Below, piece by piece: positions 15,655 to 24,949 of a stretch of DNA of 64,000 bases. This stretch comes from Erysipelotrichaceae bacterium (lineage in GTDB: Bacteria; Bacillota_I; Bacilli_A; Erysipelotrichales; Erysipelotrichaceae), in assembly GCA_017428765.1 (NCBI GenBank), contig JAFRQF010000018.1:55840-119839 (forward strand), read 5' to 3'. Both the position numbers and the translations under genes were made by a program. The notes below the pieces were generated by a model. The model had not been told where the DNA came from. It saw only the letters and a list, made by a program, of their open reading frames with translations, and did no database searches. Positions within the stretch are counted from its first letter, which is position 1. Each line of letters begins with the position of its first letter.

Positions 15655-16290
15655 ATGTTTGTCTTCTGGGGAGACGGCTCTGCGGAAGCAAAGGATCTTG
15701 TTGATGCGATCCTCGTGCGGAGCACGGCGAATTTCAATTGGACGTTCATCTTTATTCTGTCCGTCGTTTTTTATGTATACTGGACAGAAGTCAAAAACAA
15801 AGACTATAAGGCCATCGTCGCCGGATTCTCATTATATGGCGTACATTGGCTCTATGAGATCGGCAATGCGATCATCGCTCATTTTGCGGGCTATCCGTTA
15901 TGGGCGGTGTCCAATGCCTCAACGACCTTCATACTGCTGATCGGGGTGTGCTGGGAACTGTCGATGATGTTTTCTCTGGCCGGCATCATTTCCTATAAGA
16001 TGCTTCCCAAGAAACCGGACAAGAAACGCAAATTTCTGTCGGCATTAGCTATGGCGGCACTGTTTGCCTTAGTCGAATCCTTCCTGGCGGGAACGGAAAA
16101 CCATTCCTTCATCTGGGTCTATAAATGGTGGGGCGTATTGCCGGTATTCGTTACGACCTATATCCCTTTCTTCCTTGCCAGCAACTTCGTGCCTTACTGG
16201 AAGCAGAAGGAACAGATCACATTCTTGAGCGTCGTATGGGGCGCCGCAGCTGTTCTGCTTATAACACTCATCCCGTTAGGGATCATATAA
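15655..16290 (+). CDS. Hypothetical polytopic membrane protein
   Basis: AAGAGAGG RBS about 9 nt upstream of the ATG at 15655 (the ORF track starts earlier, at 15574). About 6 hydrophobic helices. Followed closely by the Ldh_2 gene. Confidence 0.65.
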   Translation: MFVFWGDGSAEAKDLVDAILVRSTANFNWTFIFILSVVFYVYWTEVKNKDYKAIVAGFSLYGVHWLYEIGNAIIAHFAGYPLWAVSNASTTFILLIGVCWELSMMFSLAGIISYKMLPKKPDKKRKFLSALAMAALFALVESFLAGTENHSFIWVYKWWGVLPVFVTTYIPFFLASNFVPYWKQKEQITFLSVVWGAAAVLLITLIPLGII

Positions 16291-16305
16291 AACAGGAGGA
16301 ATATC

Positions 16306-17421
16306 ATGGAAACAAGACCTTACGTACCGTGGAAACTGATGAATGATTTTATGATCGATGTCTTCAAGGCCTATGGCGTACCGGAGAAGGATGCGGCGAT
16401 CTGTGCCGATGTTCTTTTGGAATCCGATCGAAGAGGCATCGAATCGCATGGATGCAACCGCTTCAAACCGATCTATATCGACAGGATCGTTAAGGGAACG
16501 CTCTTACCGAAGACGGAACTGGAGATCGTGAAAGAAACGCCGACCACTCTGGTCATGGATGCCCATGACGGCATGGGCATGGTGGCAGCGCACGAGATGA
16601 TGGAAAGACTGATCGAAAAAGCCAAGAAGTATGGCATGGCCGGCGGCGCGATCAGAAACTCCACTCACTACGGCATTGCCGGATACTGGACAGACATGGC
16701 GGCCAAGCAAGGACTTCTGGCTGTCACCGGCACCAACGCAAGACCTTCCATCGCACCGACGTTCGGCGTGGAGAACATGCTGGGGACCAACCCTTTGACG
16801 TTCTCTTTCCCGACGGATGAGGAATTTACGTTCTGTCTGGACTGCGCGACTTCGATCGTACAGAGAGGAAAGATCGAATACTACGCAAGATCAGGAAAAG
16901 AGACCCCTGCCGGCATGGTCGTCACCCATGACGGTCAGACGATCACCGACTCCAAGGCGATATTGAAGATGTTAACGGAAGGAACGGCCGCTTTGGCACC
17001 GCTTGGCGGCGGTCCGGGCGATGAGATGTGCGGTTATAAGGGCTATGGCTATGCGACAGTCGTCGAGATCCTGTCTTCCGCTCTGGCCGGCGGTGAATTC
17101 ATGAAGGCGCTCAGCGGTGTCTCGGCGGAAGGAAAGCCGCAGATGTATCATCTCGGTCACTTCTTCTTCGTCGTCGATCCGGAAGCTTTCATGGGTCTGG
17201 ATACATTCAAGAAGACAGCCGGTGAGATCTGCCGTGCCCTTCGTGCTTCTGCAAAGGCACCGGGACACGAAAGGATCTATACGGCCGGCGAAAAGGAACA
17301 CCTGGTATGGCTGGAAAGAAAAGACAAAGGCGTTCCGGTCAATGAAGCCGTACAGAAAGAACTGATCGCGCTTCGCGACGAACACCATCTTCCATATACG
17401 TTCCCGTTCGAGGAGGCATGA
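16306..17421 (+). CDS. Ldh_2 family (malate/L-lactate/ureidoglycolate-type) dehydrogenase
   Basis: N-terminal GIESHGCNRF motif and overall length typical of Ldh_2 oxidoreductases. ATGA overlap with the next gene. Confidence 0.8.
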   Translation: METRPYVPWKLMNDFMIDVFKAYGVPEKDAAICADVLLESDRRGIESHGCNRFKPIYIDRIVKGTLLPKTELEIVKETPTTLVMDAHDGMGMVAAHEMMERLIEKAKKYGMAGGAIRNSTHYGIAGYWTDMAAKQGLLAVTGTNARPSIAPTFGVENMLGTNPLTFSFPTDEEFTFCLDCATSIVQRGKIEYYARSGKETPAGMVVTHDGQTITDSKAILKMLTEGTAALAPLGGGPGDEMCGYKGYGYATVVEILSSALAGGEFMKALSGVSAEGKPQMYHLGHFFFVVDPEAFMGLDTFKKTAGEICRALRASAKAPGHERIYTAGEKEHLVWLERKDKGVPVNEAVQKELIALRDEHHLPYTFPFEEA

Positions 17422-18596
17422 TCATGGATGTCATGCAGGAATCCTTAAAGAAACATAAGGAATGGAAAGGCAAGATCGAAGTCGTATCCAGAGTCCCTGT
17501 CGATTCCAAGGAAGCTCTGTCTCTTGCCTATACACCGGGCGTGGCGCAGCCATGTCTGGAGATCGAAAAAGATGTCGACCTGTCCTATGAACTGACCAAC
17601 AGGCACAATCTGTGTGCGGTCATCACGGACGGTACGGCGGTTTTGGGACTTGGTGATATCGGCCCGGAAGCCGGCATGCCGGTCATGGAAGGAAAGTGTG
17701 TACTGTTCAAATCCTTCGGCGGCGTCGATGCCTTTCCGATCTGCATCAAGTCAAAGGATGTCGATGAGATCGTTAACACCGTCTATCTGATCTCGGGATC
17801 TTTCGGCGGCATCAATCTGGAAGACATCGCTTCGCCAAGGTGTTTCGAGATCGAGCGCAAGCTCAAAGAAAAATGCGACATCCCGATCTTCCACGACGAC
17901 CAGCACGGCACAGCCATCATCACTTTAGCCGGACTGACCAATGCCTTGAAGATCGTCGGCAAGAAGAAAGAAGATGTGAAGATCGTCACCTCCGGTGCCG
18001 GAGCGGCAGCGATCGCCATCGTCAAACTTCTGTTATCTGCCGGCTTCAGAAACATCGTCATGACCGACCGCAAAGGTGCGATCTATAAAGGAAGAGAAGG
18101 ACTCAACTGGATCAAGGAAGAGATGGCGGAAGTCACCAATCTGAACAAAGAGACGGGTCTTTTGAAAGATGTGATCCGGGGTGCCGATGTCTTTATCGGT
18201 GTCTCCGCGCCAAACACCCTGACAAAAGAGATGGTCGAAACGATGGATCACGATGCGATCGTCTTTGCCTGTGCCAATCCGATGCCAGAGATCTCTCCGG
18301 AAGATGCGAAAGCCGGCGGGGCAAGGATCGTTGCCACGGGACGAAGCGACTATCCCAACCAGGTCAATAATGTCCTGGCCTTCCCGGGCGTGTTCCGCGG
18401 GACTTTCGATGTCCGGGCAAGGGATATCAACGAGGAAATGAAAGTCGCTGCCGCAAAGGCTCTCTCGGACTTAGTCGGCGACGAGGAACTGAATGAGGAA
18501 TACATCCTGCCGAAAGCTTTCGATCCGCGGGTCGGCCCTGCGGTAGCCAAAGCGGTGGCAAAAGCTGCCAGAGATTCCGGAGTCGCCAGGATCTGA
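17418..18596 (+). CDS. NAD(P)-dependent malic enzyme (short, YtsJ/MaeA-like form)
   Basis: LAYTPGVA, AVITDGTAVLGLGDIG, FGGINLEDI, GAGAAAIA Rossmann motif and ANPMPEI are all characteristic of malic enzymes. Confidence 0.9.
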   Translation: MIMDVMQESLKKHKEWKGKIEVVSRVPVDSKEALSLAYTPGVAQPCLEIEKDVDLSYELTNRHNLCAVITDGTAVLGLGDIGPEAGMPVMEGKCVLFKSFGGVDAFPICIKSKDVDEIVNTVYLISGSFGGINLEDIASPRCFEIERKLKEKCDIPIFHDDQHGTAIITLAGLTNALKIVGKKKEDVKIVTSGAGAAAIAIVKLLLSAGFRNIVMTDRKGAIYKGREGLNWIKEEMAEVTNLNKETGLLKDVIRGADVFIGVSAPNTLTKEMVETMDHDAIVFACANPMPEISPEDAKAGGARIVATGRSDYPNQVNNVLAFPGVFRGTFDVRARDINEEMKVAAAKALSDLVGDEELNEEYILPKAFDPRVGPAVAKAVAKAARDSGVARI

Positions 18597-18608
18597 GAAA
18601 TAAAAACG

Positions 18609-18634
18609 AAAGGAGATGCGTTCTCCTTTCTTTT
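18609..18634 (+). terminator. Rho-independent terminator after the malic enzyme gene
   Basis: AAAGGAGA / TCTCCTTT stem followed by a CTTTT run. Confidence 0.65.
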
Positions 18635-18657
18635 GGTAAAAAGCATTTGTGTAAAAG

Positions 18658-18683
18658 AAAGGGACAGCGTCGGCTGTCCCTTT
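18658..18683 (-). terminator. Rho-independent terminator after the aldo/keto reductase gene
   Basis: GGGACAGC / GCTGTCCC stem with a 4-nt loop. A T-run follows on the minus strand. Confidence 0.7.
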
Positions 18684-18691
18684 GGCATGAT

Positions 18692-19807
18692 CTAGTTCAG
18701 TATTTTTGCGGCATCCTGCAGCAGTTCGATGATCGGAAGATGCTGCGGGCAGACGCCTTCGCACTGACCGCACTGGATACAATCCGCCGGTCCGGATTTC
18801 TTGCTCAGCATATTGGCATACATCTTGTCGGTCTTTTCCGACTTGCCGTACATGTTGATGGTGTTGATGATCCTGAAGGTGTTCGGGATGCCGATGTTCA
18901 TCGGACAGCCGTCCGTGCAGTAGCTGCAGGCCGTGCAGCCGATCTGCGGCGTCTTGGTCATGATATCGACGACATCTTTGATCGCCTGTCTTTCCGCATC
19001 ATTCAGCGGCTTGAAATCGGTGAAGGTATTGACGTTGTCTTTCATCTGTTCGAGCAGCGACATGCCGGATAAAAGCGTCATGACGCCCGGCAGCGAGCCG
19101 ACATAGCGAAGTGCCCAGGATGCGATCGACTTATCCGGGTCGACAGCTTTGAATTTCGCTTCGAGATCTTCTCTTAAGGATGCGAGGTAGCCGCCCTTGA
19201 TCGGTTCCATGACGACGATCGGAATGTTTCTTTCCGAAAGGATCTCATAGAGCTTGCCGGAATATACTTTATCGGAATCCCAGTCGAGGTAGTTGAGCTG
19301 TATCTGTACGAATTCCACTTCCGGATACTTGTCCAGGATCTTTACCAGGCATTCCGGTGTGCCGTGGAACGAGAAACCGAGGTGTCTGATCAGTCCCTGT
19401 TTCTTCTTTTCGAATCCGAAGTTGAAGCAGTCATACTTTTCGTAGTTGGCGAAATTCTGATCGTCCACCGCATGCATCAGATAGAAATCGAAGTAACCGG
19501 CACCGGTACGTTCCAGCTGTTCGTTGAAGATGCGTTCCTTGTCTTCTTCGCACTTGATCTCCCACTCGGGAAGCTTGGTGGCAACAGTGAAGCTGTCACG
19601 CGGATAGCGCTTGACGATGGCTTCCTTGACTTCCACTTCCGACTTGCCCTGGTGATAGACATAGGCGGTATCAAAATACGTCAGACCGGCTTTCATATAC
19701 AGATCGACCATCTGACATACCTGTTCATGATCGATGACTCCGTCTTTCTCCGGAAGACGCATCAGGCCGAAACCGAGTTTCGGCATCTTGCTTAAATCAA
19801 TCGACAT
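18692..19807 (-). CDS. Aldo/keto reductase with a C-terminal 2x[4Fe-4S] ferredoxin-like domain
   Basis: AKR N-terminus (GFGLMRLP...DTAYVY) plus CTACSYCTDGCP and CIQCGQCEGVCP cluster motifs. Confidence 0.85.
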   Translation of the reverse strand: MSIDLSKMPKLGFGLMRLPEKDGVIDHEQVCQMVDLYMKAGLTYFDTAYVYHQGKSEVEVKEAIVKRYPRDSFTVATKLPEWEIKCEEDKERIFNEQLERTGAGYFDFYLMHAVDDQNFANYEKYDCFNFGFEKKKQGLIRHLGFSFHGTPECLVKILDKYPEVEFVQIQLNYLDWDSDKVYSGKLYEILSERNIPIVVMEPIKGGYLASLREDLEAKFKAVDPDKSIASWALRYVGSLPGVMTLLSGMSLLEQMKDNVNTFTDFKPLNDAERQAIKDVVDIMTKTPQIGCTACSYCTDGCPMNIGIPNTFRIINTINMYGKSEKTDKMYANMLSKKSGPADCIQCGQCEGVCPQHLPIIELLQDAAKILN

Positions 19808-19903
19808 TATTAGACTCTCCTTTTGTTGGCTATATTATCTCATGTAAGAAGCCAAAACGATGTTAAAAAATGTAAGACTGTATGACTGACGCCGTAATAC
19901 GAT

Positions 19904-21031
19904 ATGATGAAATCAGAGATGAAAACCTTTCTTCACGCAGCATTGGTCTTACTCCTGGCAGCCTCCTTGTTTTTCATGAACGACTGCCGTTCTTCAAATG
20001 AAGAAAAGCCCGCCGAAAGGCCGATCAGCGTGTCTGATGCGCACGAAACGATACAGGTACCGCTGATCCGTGAGGAAGACGATTCGATACGTTTGGATAT
20101 CTCCGTGCAGAGGATGAACCGTTACGGTTACCATGCCGGCGACATCGTTTCCATAAAGCCGGCAGAGAAGATCATCGAAGTCCCGATATTCGCGCAAGAG
20201 GCAGAACAGACGCCTGCCATCGTGTATCTGTGTGGGAAAGACAACAAAGACGAGGTCCTGCTTGAGGGCATCGGGATCCCCGAAGGGATCGAAGATGTGA
20301 CGGTCGATCTGAAAACCAAACAGGGTCTTTCCGGCAGATATCCGCTTGATGAATACGTATATGGGCGGACCAATGAAAGAAGCGATTACGAAGATCTTAC
20401 GGATGAAGATTATGCCAACTTCCGGATGGTGAAAACGGATGGCATCAAAGAAGGGATCCTCTATCGCTCCTCTTCCCCGGTCAATCCCAAGATCCTAAGA
20501 AGCGGCTATGCCGATGCTGCGGCAAAAGATGCGGGCATCAGAACGATCCTCAATCTGGCAGATCATCCCTATGAGTTCTCGCTGTCTGAGGATAAGGAAA
20601 AGACGTATTATGTTTCCTGCGACTGTATACTTCTCGATCTTTCGACCTCGTATCATACGAAGGAATTTGAAGAAGGCCTTGTCAGAGGCCTTCGCTATAT
20701 GTTCGGAAAGGAAGGCCCATATCTGATCCATTGTACGGAAGGAAAAGACAGGACGGGTTTTGTCTGCGCGGTATTGGAGTGTCTGATGTCGGCTTCGATC
20801 GATGAAGTGATCAGCGACTATATGAAGACGTATCAGAATTACTATGGGACAGGCTTGGGAACTTTCGTCTATGACAGGATCGTCCAAAACAGACTTCTGA
20901 AGGATCTTCAAAGAGCCTTTGAAAGCGAAGATCTCTTTGAAGAAGATCTATCCCTCAGTGCCTTTAAATATCTCGAAAGGATAGGATTGAGTGAAGAAGA
21001 GATCGTGATGTTGAAAGAAAAGCTCTCATGA
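19904..21031 (+). CDS. Exported protein-tyrosine phosphatase (Y_phosphatase3-type)
   Basis: N-terminal hydrophobic signal. CX5R active-site motif HCTEGKDRTG. Confidence 0.75.
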   Translation: MMKSEMKTFLHAALVLLLAASLFFMNDCRSSNEEKPAERPISVSDAHETIQVPLIREEDDSIRLDISVQRMNRYGYHAGDIVSIKPAEKIIEVPIFAQEAEQTPAIVYLCGKDNKDEVLLEGIGIPEGIEDVTVDLKTKQGLSGRYPLDEYVYGRTNERSDYEDLTDEDYANFRMVKTDGIKEGILYRSSSPVNPKILRSGYADAAAKDAGIRTILNLADHPYEFSLSEDKEKTYYVSCDCILLDLSTSYHTKEFEEGLVRGLRYMFGKEGPYLIHCTEGKDRTGFVCAVLECLMSASIDEVISDYMKTYQNYYGTGLGTFVYDRIVQNRLLKDLQRAFESEDLFEEDLSLSAFKYLERIGLSEEEIVMLKEKLS

Positions 21032-21171
21032 AAGCGTACACATCGGTCTGTTTTGTAAGAGAATGGTTCCGTATACGGGGAAAGAGAAAAGAATCATATT
21101 AAAATAAAGATGAAGGACAGCCTTCAGAAAAAATAACGGAAAACACTTTTTGAAGTATGGAAAGGAGTTTT

Positions 21172-22272
21172 ATGAAGAAAAAATTACTTATATTGTTCGT
21201 CATGATCTTATGCTTAAGCGCATGTACGAAGAAAGAAAAAGAAGAAGAGAAAGCCTCGTTCGACTTAGGCGGAAACACCTATTACAACAGTGTCGATAAC
21301 TACGGCCACGAGGATCACTCGAAGGTGTGGTTCGGCAAAGACGGTTCCTTCGTCTTTACGGATTCCTATACGGACGGTTACAACGAGCTTTCCGGCAAGT
21401 GGGAGCTCAATGAGAACGTCTGTACCCTCGATGTGGAGGAAGGAAACAAGGAGACGGTCTCCAAGATCATCTTTGAAGTACTGGATAAGGATACCTTGAA
21501 GCTGAGGACTTCCCTTTCCGGTTCAAGATCGGAAGATCTGTTCTCAACGATCGAAGTCAAGGGCTCTTCGGTAACGCCGAAGGAAGAGACGACGCCGGTG
21601 ACTCCGGAAGATCCGAAGACCGACACCAAGGAAGAGGACAAGAAAGACGAGAAGAAAGAAGAAAAGAAAGACGATACTTCTGCTGTCACGCCAGCCGAAA
21701 AGATCCCTTGTACCGGTATCACATCTCTGTATCGCAACTACTGGTCCTATGAGAACGAAAGAAACTGGGATCTTGAGATCCGTCCGGTCCCGGAGAATAC
21801 GACCGATAAGATCAGCTTCAAGTCATCCGATGAGAACGTCGTAAAGGTCGACGATCAGGGAAGAGCCAGCGCTGTCGCGCCGGGCAAGGCGACCATTACG
21901 GCGACCTGCGGCGATCAGAAACTGACAGTCAACTACGAAGTCCGCTCCAAGACAGCGGCTGCTTCTGCGGCGACATACAAGGCGAAGATAAAAGACGTCA
22001 ATGACGCCTACCAGCCAAGCGTGAGTTTCGATCCGACAGGCAGCTTCGTGTTCACGGAGAACGTTTATGCCGGTCTGGCCCAGATCAAGGGAACCTATAA
22101 GATCGAAGACGGACGTTACTATTGTACAGTTACCGACAATTCACAGATGCTGGGCTTTGCCGGACAGGATGTGAAGCAGATCGTATTCAAAGTCGTCGAT
22201 GAAAAGACGATCAAGCTCAAGACCGATCTGTGCATGTCGACAAACGGCGTATTATTCTACATTGCCGATTAA
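21172..22272 (+). CDS. Lipoprotein with a Big_2-like Ig domain
   Basis: AAAGGAG RBS. Lipobox LSAC in MKKKLLILFVMILCLSAC. Low-complexity K/E/T linker. Big_2-like ATITATCGDQKLTVNYEV. Confidence 0.7.
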   Translation: MKKKLLILFVMILCLSACTKKEKEEEKASFDLGGNTYYNSVDNYGHEDHSKVWFGKDGSFVFTDSYTDGYNELSGKWELNENVCTLDVEEGNKETVSKIIFEVLDKDTLKLRTSLSGSRSEDLFSTIEVKGSSVTPKEETTPVTPEDPKTDTKEEDKKDEKKEEKKDDTSAVTPAEKIPCTGITSLYRNYWSYENERNWDLEIRPVPENTTDKISFKSSDENVVKVDDQGRASAVAPGKATITATCGDQKLTVNYEVRSKTAAASAATYKAKIKDVNDAYQPSVSFDPTGSFVFTENVYAGLAQIKGTYKIEDGRYYCTVTDNSQMLGFAGQDVKQIVFKVVDEKTIKLKTDLCMSTNGVLFYIAD

Positions 22273-22286
22273 GGAAAGGAAGATCT

Positions 22287-22472
22287 ATGGCAAAAGAAGA
22301 ACGTTTCGAGAAAGCATATTCGCAATCCACGATGATGGGAGCGATCGAGATTTGGATCGATAAAGAGACAGGTGTCAATTATCTGTTCCGTCATGACGGT
22401 TATGCCGGAGGTCTGACGGTGCTGCTGGATGAAAACGGCAAACCGGCGATCTCGGAAACAAGCGAGTACTAG
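22287..22472 (+). CDS. Small conserved protein (DUF6440-like)
   Basis: GGAAAGGAAG RBS. 61-aa ORF with the pattern DKETGVNYLF...GGLTVLLDENGKP, which I associate with DUF6440 from memory. Confidence 0.5.
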   Translation: MAKEERFEKAYSQSTMMGAIEIWIDKETGVNYLFRHDGYAGGLTVLLDENGKPAISETSEY

Positions 22473-22529
22473 AAGACGGAAGGAAAGTTTCCTTTCGGAC
22501 ACGCCCATGATAGAATAAGGGCGTGTAGG

Positions 22530-22606
22530 CGGGATATAGCGCAGTTTGGTAGCGCGCTTGAATGGGGTTCAAGAGGTCTCGGGTTCGAATCCCGATATTC
22601 CGACCA
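22530..22606 (+). tRNA. tRNA-Pro (anticodon GGG)
   Basis: Manual cloverleaf. Acceptor stem CGGGATA/TATTCCG. D stem GCGC/GCGC. Anticodon stem CTTGA/TCAAG with loop ATGGGGT (U33, anticodon GGG, G37). T stem TCGGG/CCCGA with loop TTCGAAT. Discriminator A and encoded CCA. Confidence 0.85.
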
Positions 22607-22617
22607 TGTAAGATACG

Positions 22618-22648
22618 GGATCGTCTGTGCAGGCGATCCTTTCTTTTT
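22618..22648 (+). terminator. Rho-independent terminator after the tRNA
   Basis: GGATCG / CGATCC stem followed by TTTCTTTTT. Confidence 0.6.
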
Positions 22649-22661
22649 ATAAAATAATAGT

Positions 22662-23423
22662 ATGAGCTATTGTGATGCCCACTGCCACCTGGGATCAAGG
22701 CGGTTCGATGAAGACAGAGATGAGATGATACAAAGGATGCTGAAGGCTGGAGTCGATAAGGCAATCATCATCTGCTGCAGCGAACATGATCTGAATCATG
22801 GTCTGAAACTAAGGGAACTCTACCCTTCTTTTAAGCTGGCCATCGGCATCCATCCGCAGGATCTGGAAGATGACCACGAAGAGGAACGGCTGCAGCGGTT
22901 CGAGAAGATCATTCTGGAAACAAAACCGGATATGATCGGTGAGATCGGTCTGGATTATTATTCTCATCCTCATACGAAGGAACACCAGCTGCATTTTTTC
23001 AATGAACAGCTGAGGCTTGCGGAAAAGTATGGTCTGCCCATCGATGTCCATTCCCGCAAGGCATCGAACGATACCTATGAGATCCTGAAAAGCCATAAGA
23101 ACCGCGGGATCATCCACTCCTTCTCCGGCTCGATCGAGATGGCAAGGCAATACATGAGGCTTGGGTATTTCATATCGTTCGGGGCGAGCGTTCTGTTTAA
23201 GAATGCGAGAAAGCCGATCGATGTCGTTTCCAAGATGGACTTAAATAGACTTCTGATCGAAACGGATGCCCCCTACCAGTCGCCGGTCTTGGATCATCGT
23301 CATGAACCTTGCGATATCGTGAACATCTATGAAAAGATCGCATCGATCCGGCAGATGAATATCGAAGAACTGGAAAGAAGAGTCGAAGACAATTTCGATA
23401 AAGTATTTCTCCAAAGCATGTGA
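22662..23423 (+). CDS. TatD family metal-dependent hydrolase/DNase
   Basis: N-terminal CDAHCHL motif, GEIGLDY and IHSF motifs, and a length of about 250 aa. Confidence 0.85.
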   Translation: MSYCDAHCHLGSRRFDEDRDEMIQRMLKAGVDKAIIICCSEHDLNHGLKLRELYPSFKLAIGIHPQDLEDDHEEERLQRFEKIILETKPDMIGEIGLDYYSHPHTKEHQLHFFNEQLRLAEKYGLPIDVHSRKASNDTYEILKSHKNRGIIHSFSGSIEMARQYMRLGYFISFGASVLFKNARKPIDVVSKMDLNRLLIETDAPYQSPVLDHRHEPCDIVNIYEKIASIRQMNIEELERRVEDNFDKVFLQSM

Positions 23424-23473
23424 GGACAGTGTGCCCTCACATTTTGTTAGAATGGTTTCAAAGAGGTTCACGT

Positions 23474-24301
23474 ATGGATGAGAAAAAGATCGAAGAACTG
23501 ATCGATAAGGGAAGAAGCTGGCTTCGAACCGGCTATAGCACAGAAAGCTATGAAGGCTATAAGACGGATCAGGAGCTGAAGAAAAAACAGCCGCCGCTTG
23601 TCAAGGAGGCGATGAGTGATGCGATCTTTGATCTGCCGAAAGACTTTGCAGGGATCGAAGTCGAGACCGACTTTTTAAAGATCGTCAATTCGCGCTCCTC
23701 CCACAGGGTCTATACGCAGGGAAAGATCACTTTGAAACAATTGTCATATCTGTTATGGTGTACGCAAGGCGTCAAGGAGATCCGCGGCAAGTCTTATGCC
23801 ACGCTTCGTACCGTGCCGTGCGGCGGGGCAAGACATCCCTTTGAGACCTATATGGCGCTGCAGGGTGTCGAAGGCCTGAGGGACGGCTTATATCACTATC
23901 TGCCGATGAGCCATCAGATCGAACTGCTTAAGACTGCGGATGATATCAAAGACTTCATCGGTACGTCTCTGATGGGACAGCTGTGGGCGTGCAAGGCCAA
24001 CATCGTCTTTTATTACTCGATCGTCTTCTATCGCAGCGAATGGCGCTATGGCATCCGTGCCCACAGAGGACTGATGACCGATGCCGGACACATCAGTGAA
24101 AACCTGTATCTGGCTTGTACGGCTCTGGGACTTGGCGGATGCGCGATCGGCGCGGTAGACGGCAGGTATTGCGATGCGGCGTTTAGGCTGGATGGCAAAG
24201 AGGAATCGATCGTCTATGCCATGCCGGTAGGCACCGTATCCAAAGAGGATAAGGGAAAAGAAGAAGATTTCTATGCCTTTGTGAAACAGCAGGGGCTTTG
24301 A
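23474..24301 (+). CDS. SagB/ThcOx-type nitroreductase-superfamily dehydrogenase (stand-alone)
   Basis: AAGAGG RBS upstream of the ATG at 23474. RSSHRVY...LSYLLWCTQG...PCGGARHPFETY pattern of the SagB-type family. Confidence 0.7.
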   Translation: MDEKKIEELIDKGRSWLRTGYSTESYEGYKTDQELKKKQPPLVKEAMSDAIFDLPKDFAGIEVETDFLKIVNSRSSHRVYTQGKITLKQLSYLLWCTQGVKEIRGKSYATLRTVPCGGARHPFETYMALQGVEGLRDGLYHYLPMSHQIELLKTADDIKDFIGTSLMGQLWACKANIVFYYSIVFYRSEWRYGIRAHRGLMTDAGHISENLYLACTALGLGGCAIGAVDGRYCDAAFRLDGKEESIVYAMPVGTVSKEDKGKEEDFYAFVKQQGL

Positions 24302-24326
24302 AATAGATTTGAGAGGGGTAAAACAA

Positions 24327-24872
24327 ATGAAACTGAAATGCGGAGAAAGATTTCCGGAATTTCAATTCGACACGGCATATGAAGACGGATTGAACAGCTC
24401 AGGCATCCTGAAAGGAAAGACTGTCTTCTGGGTACTGCGTTATATCGGCTGCACGGTCTGCCGCTATGACGTCCACAGGATCGCCGAAAGGTATGAGGAG
24501 TTCAAGGCGAAGAATGCACAGGTCTTCGTCGTCATGCAAAGCGACAAGGAGCACATAAGAAAGGATCTGGAATCCACAGATACGATCCTGCCGTTTTCGA
24601 TCATCACCGATCCGGGGCAGAAGATCTATGATCTGTTGAGCATCGAGGCTGCATCAGACAAGGAAGCTCTGGTGGATGGCGTCCTGGACGAGCTCAAGGA
24701 AAAAGGCGCTGCTGCAAGAGAAGCCGGTTTCGTTCATGGTGACTACGAAGGAAACGAGATGCAGTTACCGGCAATGTTCATCGTGAATGAAGACGGCATC
24801 ATCGAATATGTCCGTTATGCGAAAAACATCATGGACATGCCGAAGATCGACGAAGTCTTGGCGATGTTATAA
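24327..24872 (+). CDS. Peroxiredoxin-like (AhpC/TSA / redoxin) family protein
   Basis: Thioredoxin-fold pattern with GKTVFWVLRYIGCTVC. Confidence 0.65.
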   Translation: MKLKCGERFPEFQFDTAYEDGLNSSGILKGKTVFWVLRYIGCTVCRYDVHRIAERYEEFKAKNAQVFVVMQSDKEHIRKDLESTDTILPFSIITDPGQKIYDLLSIEAASDKEALVDGVLDELKEKGAAAREAGFVHGDYEGNEMQLPAMFIVNEDGIIEYVRYAKNIMDMPKIDEVLAML

Positions 24873-24949
24873 GCTTCAAGGGGGTCCTCCCCTTTTCTTT
24901 TTGTCTTCTTTTCGCTAGAGTAGAGACAGAAAAGAAACAGGTAAAGATT

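Noticed and set aside
22530-22606. tRNA-Pro as an integration site for a mobile element.
   Set aside because: The flanking genes (DUF6440-like, TatD) have host-like composition. There is no integrase and no partial tRNA duplication in the window. The AT-rich island is 7.8 kb away and not adjacent to the tRNA.
23474-24872. A SagB-type dehydrogenase as a hint of a thiazole/oxazole-modified microcin (TOMM) cluster.
   Set aside because: No YcaO cyclodehydratase, precursor peptide or dedicated exporter lies nearby. Stand-alone SagB/ThcOx-type nitroreductases are common. The neighbour is a peroxiredoxin-like protein, which suggests redox housekeeping.
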